Part shown: positions 27,400 through 36,474 of the stretch, piece after piece
Numbering within the stretch: position 1 is the first letter of the stretch
Layout: each line of letters opens with the position of its first letter
NCBI GenBank assembly: GCA_044343545.1
Contig: JAWBZR010000004.1
Span: 1-51,027 of the forward strand
Direction of reading: 5' to 3'
Source of the DNA: Candidatus Aenigmatarchaeota archaeon
Lineage (GTDB): Archaea > Aenigmatarchaeota > Aenigmatarchaeia > CG10238-14
DNA length: 51,027 nucleotides
The notes under the pieces: generated by a model
Told to the model about the DNA's origin: nothing
The model's input: only the letters and a program-made list of their open reading frames with translations
Databases searched by the model: none
Translations under genes and position numbers: made by a program

Positions 27400-27467
27400 T
27401 TTATTATTGTTTAATAATTTTTTTCGGAGTGGAAAGTATTTTACTTCCAAACTAAAAATAAAGTTTA

Positions 27468-28343
27468 ATGGCAAATGCTTATGAAAAATTGGCTTTATCT
27501 ATGGCAGGCTGGTTTGTAAATAGTTTTCCAGAAATATTCAAACCTATTAACAAGGAATTACAAAGAGCAGGAATAAATAGACCAAAAAAAGTTTACGATT
27601 CAATCATCGTCTTTAATAGCATGATAGCATACGTGATTTCTTTTATCTTCATTTCATTGTTTTTTGTGTTTTTCAATTTCAAGTCATTTTCTTTTATAAT
27701 TTACATAATTTTCTTGCCTCTTTTGGTTGCAATCATAACCTTCCTCATAGGCTATTTTTACCCGATTCAACGCTCAGCTTCAAGGAGGGCAAAAATAGAA
27801 ACAAACCTGCCATTTGTCATAGCACATATGGGAGCCATCGCTTCCTCTGGTATACCACCTTCAGCAATCTTTAGGTTGTTATCCAAATTCAAGGAATACG
27901 ATGTTCTGGCCGAAGAAATGGGTAAAATAGTTACCAACATAGAAGTTTTTGGTTTGGACCCAGTGAGTGCAATAAAAGAGGTAGCCAAAAGAACGCCATC
28001 AGAAAAATTCAAACAATTGCTGCTAGGCCTTGCGAGCACAATAGAAAGTGGCGGAAGTATAAAAACGTATCTTAAAAACATGAGCGAGCAAACACTTTTT
28101 CATTGGAGAATGAAAAGAGAAAAATATTTACAGCAACTTTCTACTTCAGCAGAATTTTACACAGGTATTTTGATTGCAGCACCTCTCTTTCTCATAAGTT
28201 TATTTTCGATAATGAACATGATAGAGCCCAGTTTGGGCGGAATGGGTATATTGCAACTGATGAAATTGAGCATTTACATCCTCATCCCAATATTAAACAT
28301 AATGTTTTTGATCTTCCTCACAACGACCCAGGTGGAAATATGA
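27468..28343 (+). CDS. Type IV pilus membrane platform protein (TadC/FlaJ-like, T2SSF)
   Basis: IETNLPFVIAHMGAIASSG and RTPSEKFKQLL...ESGG motifs; TM helices. Confidence 0.92.
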   Translation: MANAYEKLALSMAGWFVNSFPEIFKPINKELQRAGINRPKKVYDSIIVFNSMIAYVISFIFISLFFVFFNFKSFSFIIYIIFLPLLVAIITFLIGYFYPIQRSASRRAKIETNLPFVIAHMGAIASSGIPPSAIFRLLSKFKEYDVLAEEMGKIVTNIEVFGLDPVSAIKEVAKRTPSEKFKQLLLGLASTIESGGSIKTYLKNMSEQTLFHWRMKREKYLQQLSTSAEFYTGILIAAPLFLISLFSIMNMIEPSLGGMGILQLMKLSIYILIPILNIMFLIFLTTTQVEI

Positions 28344-29164
28344 ATAAATTTTTCACCATATTAGCAATATCTGGTTTTATAATAGCCTTATTATTGGCAA
28401 TGATTTCATATTTTGTTCTGAGAGAATATGCGCAGCTATCCTCAACAATATTCATAATTGCATTATTGATTTTCTTTTCACCTCTCATAATTTCAAAGTA
28501 CTCGGAAAGCGTGAGGATAAGATCCATAGAAGACCAATTCCCTCAATTTATGAATGACATAGTGGAAGCGGTGAGGTCAGGAATGAGCTTGCCTCAAGCA
28601 ATAAACTTGATATCAAAAAATGATTATGGAAGCTTGACGCCATACGTGAAAAAATTAAATGCCCAATTAGAGTGGGGAGTTCCTTTCACGAAAGCATTCA
28701 GTAGATTCGCAAAATATACGAAATCAAAGCTCATAGCAAGAATAGCAGCTACAATAATAGAAAGTCACGAGTATGGCGGAGACCTTACAGACGTTTTCGA
28801 GTCTATAAGCAATACGACTATAGAAATAGAAAGGTTGAGGGAAGAAAGAAAGCTTTATTTGAATTCTCAAATAGTTTCTGGTTACGTGATTTTCTTTGTG
28901 TTTCTTGCAGTGATGATAGGTTTGCAAAAATATCTCGTCCCGACACTTGCAGAAGTATCTATAAAGCAACTCATGGGCGAAAAGGTGGAAGTCGGTAAGT
29001 TAGGCTTAGAATACAAGACAATATTCAGAAACCTTATTATTATTCAAGGTCTCTTTGCGGGCTTGATAATAGGAAAGATGAGCGAAGGTGAAATAATAAA
29101 CGGTATAAAACACAGTCTATTTATGATAATTTTTGGATTTTTGATATTTTCCATAGCTACGTGA
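28340..29164 (+). CDS. Type IV pilus membrane platform protein (TadC/FlaJ-like, second copy)
   Basis: IEDQFPQF...VRSGMSL, EWGVPF and YGGDLTDV motifs; start moved to ATG 28340 (ATGA overlap). Confidence 0.92.
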   Translation: MNKFFTILAISGFIIALLLAMISYFVLREYAQLSSTIFIIALLIFFSPLIISKYSESVRIRSIEDQFPQFMNDIVEAVRSGMSLPQAINLISKNDYGSLTPYVKKLNAQLEWGVPFTKAFSRFAKYTKSKLIARIAATIIESHEYGGDLTDVFESISNTTIEIERLREERKLYLNSQIVSGYVIFFVFLAVMIGLQKYLVPTLAEVSIKQLMGEKVEVGKLGLEYKTIFRNLIIIQGLFAGLIIGKMSEGEIINGIKHSLFMIIFGFLIFSIAT

Positions 29165-29603
29165 CTATATCTATTTCGCTTGAAGTGACTTGACTATAAA
29201 CGTTGGAACAATTTGTCTTCACCCTTATGAAATCGTAAGATGAGGTGGAAAGGTTAAAGGAAAAGACCTCCATTTCCCCTGGCTGTAATGTCATATTTTC
29301 ATCCAAGACAATCTTACTTGCATTTAACAAAAAAATTTCTACATCTATGTCACCCAACGTCACCAAATCACTATTTCTAATATATCCAATAATCATTCCG
29401 TTAGTTTGGTTATACTTTACATTTTCAAGAGCAATTCCCGCATTGCTGCAAATAACTTTTTTTGAGCTCTGCTCTTCAACATTTTTCATAACACCTTTTA
29501 TAAAATTGTTGTACCACACCGAAAATATGCCTGCAATTGCTAATGTAGCAGCTATTACAAGTATAGCACTTAGAAATGCAGAAATTCCTTTCATGCTATT
29601 CAC
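29157..29603 (-). CDS. Archaeal type IV pilin
   Basis: Class III signal MKG/ISAFLSAILVIAATLAIAG. Confidence 0.85.
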   Translation of the reverse strand: MNSMKGISAFLSAILVIAATLAIAGIFSVWYNNFIKGVMKNVEEQSSKKVICSNAGIALENVKYNQTNGMIIGYIRNSDLVTLGDIDVEIFLLNASKIVLDENMTLQPGEMEVFSFNLSTSSYDFIRVKTNCSNVYSQVTSSEIDIVT

Positions 29604-30024
29604 TTGAGCATGTAAACTCCTTATATACTCCAGGACAAGTTGTTCTTATTTGAAATGAAACAAAACCAGGATCTATTTCTCCTTGACTAAAAGGCAGCAA
29701 TTGATTCGCGGGAAGTTTTAAGGAAAGCTTAAATTGTTTAAGGTTATTATCTGGATAAAACACGTAAAGCGAATCTAAAACCAGATCCTGTGTTGCTTGA
29801 CTTTCCAATATAAAACTTATTTCCTTCCTTTCAGCATTATATTTGCATGGCGTGAAAAGATTGAATCTAGCATTCAAGCAAGATATATCGGACGTAGCGT
29901 TTGATGTTTCCGAAACTTTCTTTTCAACAAAACTTCCTGCCCAAAAAGACAAGATTCCGGCTATAGCCATCGTTGTTGCTATTAAAATAACAGAAGCAAC
30001 TATAGGACTGAGCGCTTTGCTCAT
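29596..30024 (-). CDS. Archaeal type IV pilin
   Basis: Class III signal SKA/LSPIVASVILIATTMAIAG. Confidence 0.88.
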   Translation of the reverse strand: MSKALSPIVASVILIATTMAIAGILSFWAGSFVEKKVSETSNATSDISCLNARFNLFTPCKYNAERKEISFILESQATQDLVLDSLYVFYPDNNLKQFKLSLKLPANQLLPFSQGEIDPGFVSFQIRTTCPGVYKEFTCSSE

Positions 30025-30098
30025 GAAAAAAATATCTATTTTTCCAAATAATAAACTTTGCTGGTGACTTTTAAAATAGAAAATCTAATTTTTGAATT

Positions 30099-30518
30099 AT
30101 GAAGGCAAGCATTGTGTCGTTCGCCATCATCATTTCTCTATCTTTTTTGTTGCTTTCAGCATTCATTCTCGTCTCTTACAAGTATTATTTTAATTATGAA
30201 AAAAATGTGGAGCAGAGAACTGCAAATTATATAGCATTCAGTCTTCTTTCAGAAATAGCAGAGTTGCATCAAAATTGCATGGTTAACGAAAGTTATGAAA
30301 AAAAGTTACTGGAGAAAAAGGTTATCTTGCCAGAAAAGTTATCGTCGAAAAACTACAAAGTAATATTTATGCAAGATAAATTGATGATAAGTGTTTCAGA
30401 CAAAAGCTACGAATTCAAGCTACCAAAAATTCAAGCAATTTTAGAGGGAAAGATTTACGGTGGAGAAGCAAAAATCGTTTGCAATAGCTCCGCAGGAAAG
30501 ATAACGATTTCTACTTAA
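30099..30518 (+). CDS. Putative minor pilin-like protein
   Basis: MKA/SIVSF followed by a long hydrophobic-amphipathic helix; adjacent to the pilin genes. Confidence 0.4.
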   Translation: MKASIVSFAIIISLSFLLLSAFILVSYKYYFNYEKNVEQRTANYIAFSLLSEIAELHQNCMVNESYEKKLLEKKVILPEKLSSKNYKVIFMQDKLMISVSDKSYEFKLPKIQAILEGKIYGGEAKIVCNSSAGKITIST

Positions 30519-30564
30519 TCAAATATTTAAATATATACTATGATATTTGTAAAGTTAAACGGGT

Positions 30565-30939
30565 GTGGCGAGAATGTCAAAGCGCACCGGGCCAACGAAT
30601 CCATTGCTCAAGCAATTAATAGAAGATTTGAAAAGGTCAGGACATCAACTTCGCAGCCCATTTTTGTTGGCCATAGCCGAAAAGCTCAACAAGCCAAGAA
30701 GACAAAGAATTGAGGTCAATTTAGCGGATATCAATAGAAATTCGAAGGACGGCGATGTCATAATTGTTCCGGGTGTGGTTCTAGGCTACGGAGAGCTAAA
30801 CAAAAAAGTTACCATAAGTGCTTGGAAGTTTTCCAAACCTGCTCTGGAAAAAATCAAAAAAAGTAATAGCACAGCTTTAAGCATACAAGAGTTGGTCAAG
30901 TTGAATCCGCGAGGGAGCGGTGTAAAGATAATGTGTTGA
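30565..30939 (+). CDS. rpl18e: 50S ribosomal protein eL18
   Basis: KRTGPTNP, PRRQRIEVNL and VPGVVLGYG motifs. Confidence 0.95.
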   Translation: MARMSKRTGPTNPLLKQLIEDLKRSGHQLRSPFLLAIAEKLNKPRRQRIEVNLADINRNSKDGDVIIVPGVVLGYGELNKKVTISAWKFSKPALEKIKKSNSTALSIQELVKLNPRGSGVKIMC

Positions 30940-30945
30940 TGCCGT

Positions 30946-31368
30946 ATGAAAGTATATGATGCTACGGGTAAAGTGCTCGGAAGATTAGCAAGTCACGTGG
31001 CAAAGGAAGCCATACGAGGGGAAACAATCCACATAATAAATTGTGAAAAGGCTATTCTTGTGGGAAATCCTACATTCATCAAGGAAAAATACTTGAATAG
31101 GATAAAAAGAGGCGATCCGAATCACGGACCTTTCTTTCCTAGAACGCCTTTGGGTATAGTGAAAAGGGCTATAAGAGGAATGATAAAGTATAAGAAAACT
31201 CTAGGCAAGAAGGCTTTTAAAAGGATAAAAGTGTGGGTGGGTGTTCCTGATATGTTGAAAAACGTTCCGGTAGAAAAGGATAACATAAAAAACATTGATA
31301 TGATAAAAACAAAATATATTACTGTGGGAGAACTCTCCATATCTCTTGGAGCCAAAAAGAGATGGTGA
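30946..31368 (+). CDS. rpl13: 50S ribosomal protein uL13
   Basis: DATGKVLGRLAS and GPFFPRTP...RAIRGMI motifs. Confidence 0.96.
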   Translation: MKVYDATGKVLGRLASHVAKEAIRGETIHIINCEKAILVGNPTFIKEKYLNRIKRGDPNHGPFFPRTPLGIVKRAIRGMIKYKKTLGKKAFKRIKVWVGVPDMLKNVPVEKDNIKNIDMIKTKYITVGELSISLGAKKRW

Positions 31369-31373
31369 AATAG

Positions 31374-31781
31374 ATGAAGGAAATAGTTTTTGCGACGGGT
31401 AAAAGGAAAACAAGCGTTGCAAGGGTAAGATTAAAGGCAGGGGAAGGTAGAGTTACCATAAATGACATTCCTTTGGATTTATATGAGCCTGAATATCATA
31501 GGTTGAGAATAAGAGAAGTGTTTTTGCTGGCAGATGGAGCGGCAAACAAGTATGACATTAAGGTGAACGTTAAGGGTGGAGGTGTTTCGTCACAAGCAGA
31601 AGCCATCAGGCAGGCTATTGCAAAAGCTTTGGTGGAAGCAACGAAAGACGAAAACTTGAAAAGAAAATTTTTGGAGTATGATAGAAATCTGTTAGTTTAC
31701 GACCCAAGAAGAACTGAGCCGCATAAACCTTCACGCTCAAAGGCTGGAAGTAGAAGACATAAACAAAGAAGCAAGAGATGA
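31374..31781 (+). CDS. rps9: 30S ribosomal protein uS9
   Basis: GKRKTSVAR, VKGGGVSSQAEAIRQAIAK and YDRNLLVYDPRR motifs. Confidence 0.97.
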   Translation: MKEIVFATGKRKTSVARVRLKAGEGRVTINDIPLDLYEPEYHRLRIREVFLLADGAANKYDIKVNVKGGGVSSQAEAIRQAIAKALVEATKDENLKRKFLEYDRNLLVYDPRRTEPHKPSRSKAGSRRHKQRSKR

Positions 31782-31814
31782 AAGCTTAATTTTTTCAAAT
31801 TCCTTACAATTTTT

Positions 31815-32618
31815 ATGAAATGGCTGAAAATTTTGTTTCTTCTTTTCACGTTACGTTCAGCACTTTCCTTGGATATAGAGCTATATTCAATTGATTTTTA
31901 CATTCAGCCAGATATGAGTGTGAGGGAGGAAATAAAAATCGTGTTTTCGAGTCCTATAAGTGAAAGAAACATAACTCACACTATTACGAGCCAAATTAGC
32001 GATATATCTGCCAATAATACTTTCGAGTTATTGAAGGTCACTTTCAAAAATGGAAAGATCACAATATTTTTACCTAACCAAACAAAAGAAGTTTACCTAT
32101 CCTTTAAGACAAGCGATTTGGTATATGATTATAATGGAGGCAAGGAATTTCTAGTCTACGTTTCTCCACCCGAAGCCAATAAGACTAAATTCAAGGTTTG
32201 GTTGCCGAAGGGTTATGTAATGTTTAAAGGAAGTATGATGCCGCAAGGTAAAGTAGGGAGTGACGGAGAAAAAATATTTGTTTCTTGGGAGGGTAAGGGA
32301 GACACGACATTAATGGTGAGATTTTATCAACCATCAGGAAGCAAGTTGGAATTACTCTTGGCACTGTTGCTTGCCTTGACAGCCATCATTTTAATAATAA
32401 AATCTCTAAAAAGCGAAGATTATTTGCTAGGATTCAGCAACGATGAGGTAAAAGTAATAGAAGCAATAAGAGAGAAAAAAATTGTTTACCAGAATAAGCT
32501 AGAAAGAGAGTTAGGTTTTTCTAGAGTGAAAATGACAAGGATAGTTAAAAAGTTGGAAGAAAAGGGTTTAATCAAAAAAGAAAAAATCGGCAGGACTAAC
32601 AAGCTAACATGGGTATAA
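31815..32618 (+). CDS. Membrane-anchored winged-helix regulator (COG2512-like), paralog of 6549-7436
   Basis: Signal peptide; GSDGEKIFVSW (cf. GTDGRKIFIRW); TM helix; YQNKLERELGFSRVKMTRIVKKLEEKGLI...GRTNKL. Confidence 0.8.
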   Translation: MKWLKILFLLFTLRSALSLDIELYSIDFYIQPDMSVREEIKIVFSSPISERNITHTITSQISDISANNTFELLKVTFKNGKITIFLPNQTKEVYLSFKTSDLVYDYNGGKEFLVYVSPPEANKTKFKVWLPKGYVMFKGSMMPQGKVGSDGEKIFVSWEGKGDTTLMVRFYQPSGSKLELLLALLLALTAIILIIKSLKSEDYLLGFSNDEVKVIEAIREKKIVYQNKLERELGFSRVKMTRIVKKLEEKGLIKKEKIGRTNKLTWV

Positions 32619-32664
32619 AATGTTTCACAATTGTTTCAAGAAACTTTTAATATCCTGAAACAAT
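32619..32664 (+). promoter_or_regulatory. Promoter with repeated (A/T)TGTTTCA elements around TATA box TTTTAATA
   Basis: AATGTTTCA 32619-27, ATTGTTTCA 32630-38, TATA 32645-52, inverted copy TGAAACAAT 32656-64. Confidence 0.55.
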
Positions 32665-32687
32665 AAAAATTACTGTGGTGATGCGAA

Positions 32688-33506
32688 ATGAAAAAGTATT
32701 TAATAGCACTTGCTTTGCTGATATCAATAGCAATAGTAGTTGCTGAAGAAGTAGGTCTGCAGGGATTTGGAAAGCCAGAAATAGCAAGGATTGCAACAGT
32801 AGGTAAGGGTTTAGCAATATCTACGACAGATAACTTTGAATTTTACATCATTAAAGTCGGTATGATGAAAGTAAAGTTGACATATGAAAAACAAAACATA
32901 ACAAAGGATGTTGGTTTGCTATGGGTAGACGACCAAAAATATCAATTAAAAGACATAAACATAACTCAAGACGCGGCAACAGCAAACATTTATTTGAATA
33001 ACACTCATGTAGGGTCTTTAAATCTCGTACTCGTCAAGAAAGGCGAAACATTCGTGTGGGTAGGAAAGATGACGATCGACAAAGTAGAATACAACGTCTA
33101 CATAGTTGAAGGAAAAAGGGGCTTCCACAAAAACGAAATCCTTTTAAGAGTTAGAGAGTGTGGTGATGAAGATGAGAATTGCAAAGAGATAGCAAAAGGG
33201 ATAGGCAACAGGTTTTGCGAAAAAATAAACACCACGTCATGCAGAGAAAAAATAGCAGAATTTTGCGAGCAAAATCAGGAAGACCCAAGATGTGTGGCAA
33301 TTATGAAGAGCTTTTGCATTAACAACACAGAAGATATGAGATGCAGGGGTATAATGACAGAGTTTTGCAAAAGAAATCCAACAGATGCTATATGCTCTCA
33401 TTGCCAAGATAACCCGGAAGTGTGCGGCTTGCAAGTAAAAGCAAAAATAAATGAAAAAGTTAGAGAAAGGATTCAGGAAATGCAAAAAAAGGTGAAAGGT
33501 AGATGA
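32688..33506 (+). CDS. Secreted protein with a beta-rich domain and C-terminal Cys-rich helical repeats
   Basis: Signal peptide; repeats of FC-x7-8-C at about 17-aa periodicity. Confidence 0.7.
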   Translation: MKKYLIALALLISIAIVVAEEVGLQGFGKPEIARIATVGKGLAISTTDNFEFYIIKVGMMKVKLTYEKQNITKDVGLLWVDDQKYQLKDINITQDAATANIYLNNTHVGSLNLVLVKKGETFVWVGKMTIDKVEYNVYIVEGKRGFHKNEILLRVRECGDEDENCKEIAKGIGNRFCEKINTTSCREKIAEFCEQNQEDPRCVAIMKSFCINNTEDMRCRGIMTEFCKRNPTDAICSHCQDNPEVCGLQVKAKINEKVRERIQEMQKKVKGR

Positions 33507-33718
33507 AGCTAACAATTTTTGTAGCTATTTTGCTTTTACTTCTCTCCGCCTTTTTGTTTTGGAGACACTATAATAGGGAAAGCAAGCTCGGGGAAACGAT
33601 TCAAACGCAAAGCACCTCAGAGATTGAGCAAAATATAGAGCGAACGATCGAAAATGAAGTAGACCAAGCGGTTGAAGGCATTTCAGATGCAGATATAGAA
33701 GCAGCCATCTTGGGCTGA
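33503..33718 (+). CDS. Small membrane-anchored hypothetical protein
   Basis: ATGA overlap with the upstream gene; N-terminal TM helix and acidic tail. Confidence 0.6.
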   Translation: MKLTIFVAILLLLLSAFLFWRHYNRESKLGETIQTQSTSEIEQNIERTIENEVDQAVEGISDADIEAAILG

Positions 33719-33752
33719 GTTTTAAATTTTTTTAACTTTATTTTTTTATTTT
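33719..33752 (+). terminator. T-rich terminator/promoter spacer
   Basis: Several T-runs directly after the stop codon. Confidence 0.35.
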
Positions 33753-34493
33753 ATGGAAACCAAAAGACTTAACTATATCAAGGCAAACATAGCTGATATT
33801 ATAAATTCTCGTTTTGTAAGAAAGGATGGCCTGGAGCCAAGTTATGTTTTAAGTGATATAGGAATGAAAATTTCCAAAGCTAAAATAGTAGGTTCAGTCA
33901 TAGACAAGTTCATGAGCGAAGACGGAAATTATTCCACCTTGACGATAAACGATGATACAGGAAGTATAAGATGCAAGTTATTCAAAGAAAATGCCGGTAT
34001 TGTTGATAATATAAACATAGGAGATTTTGTTGTTGTTGTGGGTAAGGTGAGAGAGTATGCCGACGAAATCTACATAGTTCCAAATTTTGTGAGAAAATTG
34101 GAAAATAAAAACTTTTTCATACTTCACAAATTGGAAGCATTGAAAGATCTCATAGAGCAAAAAAAATTGTTTGAAATAGTGTATTCGCAGAAAGAAAACT
34201 TTTCAGATCTTGAAGAATTGAAAAATTTCGCAATAAGAGAATATATGTTGGAGCCAGAAAGGATCGAAAGCATAATGGAGGCTATAAGTTTGAGGGAAGA
34301 TAAAATCGAAAGAGATTATAAATCTTTAATAATCGAAAAAATAAGAGAATTGGATGAGGGTAGAGGAGTCGAACTATCAAAGCTCACGCAAGAACTTAAT
34401 GTGCCAGTAGAAATCTTGAGCGACACCATAAACGAGCTTTTGTCTGATGGAATATGCTTCGAACCTTTACCTGGCTTGATAAAGTTGGTGTAA
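33753..34493 (+). CDS. Replication protein A small subunit-like (RPA32: OB fold plus C-terminal wHTH)
   Basis: KAKIVGSVIDKF...DDTGSIRCKLF...VVGKVREY and C-terminal GICFEPLPGLIKLV. Confidence 0.85.
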   Translation: METKRLNYIKANIADIINSRFVRKDGLEPSYVLSDIGMKISKAKIVGSVIDKFMSEDGNYSTLTINDDTGSIRCKLFKENAGIVDNINIGDFVVVVGKVREYADEIYIVPNFVRKLENKNFFILHKLEALKDLIEQKKLFEIVYSQKENFSDLEELKNFAIREYMLEPERIESIMEAISLREDKIERDYKSLIIEKIRELDEGRGVELSKLTQELNVPVEILSDTINELLSDGICFEPLPGLIKLV

Positions 34494-34497
34494 ATGC

Positions 34498-34908
34498 ATG
34501 AAAGATTATATGCAAATGCTTGAAGAAGCGCTAAATAAATTATCCGAAGAGAAAAAATTAGATGTGAGATTTGAAATACCAAAACCATCTGTATTTATTT
34601 CTGGAAATAGAACATACATCAATAATTTTGTTGAAATTGCCAATACCATAAGGAGAAAGCCAGAGCATTTGTTAAAATTCTTGTCAAGAGAATTGGCATC
34701 TCCAGGTTTTTTAGAAGGCGGAAGGGCGATTTTTCAAGGAAGAATAATGGAGAGTCTTGTAGAAAGGAAGCTTGAATCTTATTATAAAGAATTTTTATAT
34801 TGCTCTGAATGCAAAAAACCAGATACTCAAATAATAAAGCAAGACAGGGTTTGGATATTAAAGTGTGAGGCTTGTGGGGCAAAGACGCCTGTCAGGCAAA
34901 TAAAATAG
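34498..34908 (+). CDS. eif2b: Translation initiation factor aIF-2 beta
   Basis: RFEIPK...NFVEIANTIRRKPEHLLKFLSRELASPG and CSECKKPDT...CEACGA motifs. Confidence 0.96.
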   Translation: MKDYMQMLEEALNKLSEEKKLDVRFEIPKPSVFISGNRTYINNFVEIANTIRRKPEHLLKFLSRELASPGFLEGGRAIFQGRIMESLVERKLESYYKEFLYCSECKKPDTQIIKQDRVWILKCEACGAKTPVRQIK

Positions 34909-34944
34909 AATGCTTTTAATTTAAAAAAACAAATTTTAAAAATT

Positions 34945-36450
34945 ATGAAAAAATTTTTACCCTTGTTTTTATTGCTCTTTAGTTTAGCCCTCTCTCAGAA
35001 TGCCGAAGATTTTAATATCACAGTTGAAACCAATGTTACCACGGAAATCGAAAAAAATGAGAATGCCGATTTAAAACCATATTATTTTATTGGCGAAGCC
35101 ATCAGTATGAATTCAGCAATCATAAACATAATGAACGAATCTTATGATTACATCGTTTCAAACATCACCGAAAATTTTACCGTCAATTTAACGCCTGGAT
35201 ATTATTATTTAGAAGTTTTTTTGCCAGACGGAAATAAAATCACCCATCCCTTCACGGTCATTCAACCGGAAATAGACGTCGCTCCGAGAATTTTATTTGT
35301 TAACGAAACTTTGAAAATTTTTGTAAGAGATTATGTCGGAAAAAACTTTCATATCCAATTGGCGGAAAACGTTTACGATTTTGTTAACTTGAATGAGACA
35401 TCAACATTTTCCTTGATTATTGAAAACAGCGGCAACTATACTCTTTATGTCAATAACGAAAGTTTTGAAATTCAAGTCTTGCCACGCCTGCCGGAAAAGA
35501 AAAGCGTCAAGTTAAATCTAAGTTTAAACAATTATGCCTATAAAAATCAGAAAATAGATTTCAATATCAGCGGCGATCCTAACACGACTTTTAATCTCAG
35601 CATAATATTGAATGATAACATGGTAATGCAGTTGATGGATAAAACAAGCGAGGAAGGTTTATATTTTGGTAATCTTTATTTTGAAGAGGAAGGCAGTTAC
35701 ACTGTAATTTTTAGTTATGAAAGCGAAATCGAAGTGTATAACTTGACAGTTTTAAAGTATCCACAAAACTTTACCATCCTAAATTTATATGATTTTTACG
35801 AAAAAAATGTAACCTTCACGTTGAAAGGCCCGCCCTTGACGCAATTTTATTTATATTTTACATCTAAAAACTTCACCAAAGTATATTTTTTACAAACTAG
35901 CGAAGAAGGTTCATACGAATTTGAGGACGAGTTTGAAAAAGGTGAATACGAGCTCTCCTTGATAGTGGAAGATGAAACGGTTCTCAGCAAAACAATATAT
36001 GTGAACACAACAAGAGAAGTTGCTGCGGAAGATTTTTTGAATGACACAATTTTGCATTTGAATGAGGATGTTTTATCCAATGAAACGGCGTTTATCTTGA
36101 AGGGTAGAAACATAACGTTTGATTGCAACGGGCATAAAATAGAAGCCAACATCAGCATAGAAGTAAATGATGCCGAGGACGTGGAGATAAAAAGTTGCAT
36201 AATCGAGAATAGTTACATTGCAATTTTTATCGAAAATTCCAAAAACGTGAAGGTGAGAAACATTAAAACCATCAATAATTTGAACGGAGTTATAGTTAAA
36301 AATTCAGAAAATGTAACGATTTCTGATAGTGATCTCAGCGATAACGAATTTTACGGCCTTTTATTTTTTAATGTAAAGAACCCAAACGTTGAAAATACCA
36401 ATGTAACGACCAAAACAAACGTTGAGATGATTGTAAGATTGAAAGATTAA
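34945..36450 (+). CDS. Secreted sequon-rich surface protein with Ig-like repeats and a short C-terminal beta-helix
   Basis: Signal peptide; many N-x-S/T sequons; ITFDCNGHKI followed by NosD/pectin-lyase-type IxIxNSxNVxI repeats. Confidence 0.7.
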   Translation: MKKFLPLFLLLFSLALSQNAEDFNITVETNVTTEIEKNENADLKPYYFIGEAISMNSAIINIMNESYDYIVSNITENFTVNLTPGYYYLEVFLPDGNKITHPFTVIQPEIDVAPRILFVNETLKIFVRDYVGKNFHIQLAENVYDFVNLNETSTFSLIIENSGNYTLYVNNESFEIQVLPRLPEKKSVKLNLSLNNYAYKNQKIDFNISGDPNTTFNLSIILNDNMVMQLMDKTSEEGLYFGNLYFEEEGSYTVIFSYESEIEVYNLTVLKYPQNFTILNLYDFYEKNVTFTLKGPPLTQFYLYFTSKNFTKVYFLQTSEEGSYEFEDEFEKGEYELSLIVEDETVLSKTIYVNTTREVAAEDFLNDTILHLNEDVLSNETAFILKGRNITFDCNGHKIEANISIEVNDAEDVEIKSCIIENSYIAIFIENSKNVKVRNIKTINNLNGVIVKNSENVTISDSDLSDNEFYGLLFFNVKNPNVENTNVTTKTNVEMIVRLKD

Positions 36451-36474
36451 ATTTTCACAAAATATAAAAAAATC

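Noticed and set aside
25534-30024. Archaellum (motility) operon
   Set aside because: No FlaH, FlaF, FlaG or FlaC/D/E homologs; there are two separate TadC-type genes and short pilin-type subunits.
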